The translations under genes were made by a program, and so were the position numbers. The notes under the pieces are model-generated. The model saw nothing but the letters and a program-made list of their open reading frames with translations. It was not told the origin of the DNA and searched no databases. A stretch of DNA of 64,000 bases from positions 17,856,001-17,920,000 of the forward strand of contig NC_043015.1 in the NCBI RefSeq assembly GCF_006345805.1. The letters run 5' to 3'. Every line of letters starts with the position of its first letter. Within the stretch, counting starts at the first letter, position 1. This stretch comes from Octopus sinensis (taxonomy: Eukaryota). Shown here in pieces: positions 63,769 through 64,000 of this stretch.

Positions 63769-64000
63769 CTGCATGAAAAAAAAAAAGAAAAAAATATTAA
63801 AACAAAATGTTAATATTGTTAGCCTACCTGAGACCACTCACCACTGGTTCTATGACACAGACTGTTTTAAAGTGATCTAAATTATAAATTTAGATCACTG
63901 TTAGGCTGTTATGTAGGTAAATACATACACACACACACATACCTATCAGCTAATTATAAAGTTGATGTATATAAGTTTTAAAAAATCTCTGCATTCTCTA

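Noticed and set aside
62580-63776. + strand Ser-rich ORFs
   Set aside because: Antisense shadows of the WTAP exon.

Overview
AT-rich eukaryotic genomic DNA, most likely a cephalopod such as Octopus. That assignment is inferred from the SINE/RTE repeat families and the very dense (TA)n tracts; it was not database-checked. The only host gene I can support is the last coding exon of WTAP/fl(2)d on the minus strand (63768-62576), which has a long acidic tail. The remaining ~62 kb, downstream of that gene, is largely transposon-derived: R4/Dong-like LINEs next to (TAA)n (one probably intact), four copies of a PHD-finger-bearing RTE LINE family, one full-length RTE-like LINE with a 12-bp TSD, many Penelope-like fragments, mariner/Tc1/pogo relics, MITEs, Helitron-like ends and tRNA-derived SINEs. 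The most notable unannotated signal is a set of type I hammerhead-ribozyme motifs folded by eye. Two have the full canonical core and base-paired stems I-III (39617-39712, 51395-51477). Three are variant candidates (16515-16578 minus, 16973-17094, 30114-30169), and a few more are decayed. Several have unusually long stem II insertions and sit in short inverted- or direct-repeat units resembling Penelope pseudo-LTRs or retrozymes. Many near-perfect fold-backs and duplications at (TA)n, together with single-base homopolymer indels, suggest that some structures are assembly artefacts. No CRISPR, rRNA or functional tRNA genes were found. Coordinates were counted by hand, and TE boundaries are approximate.
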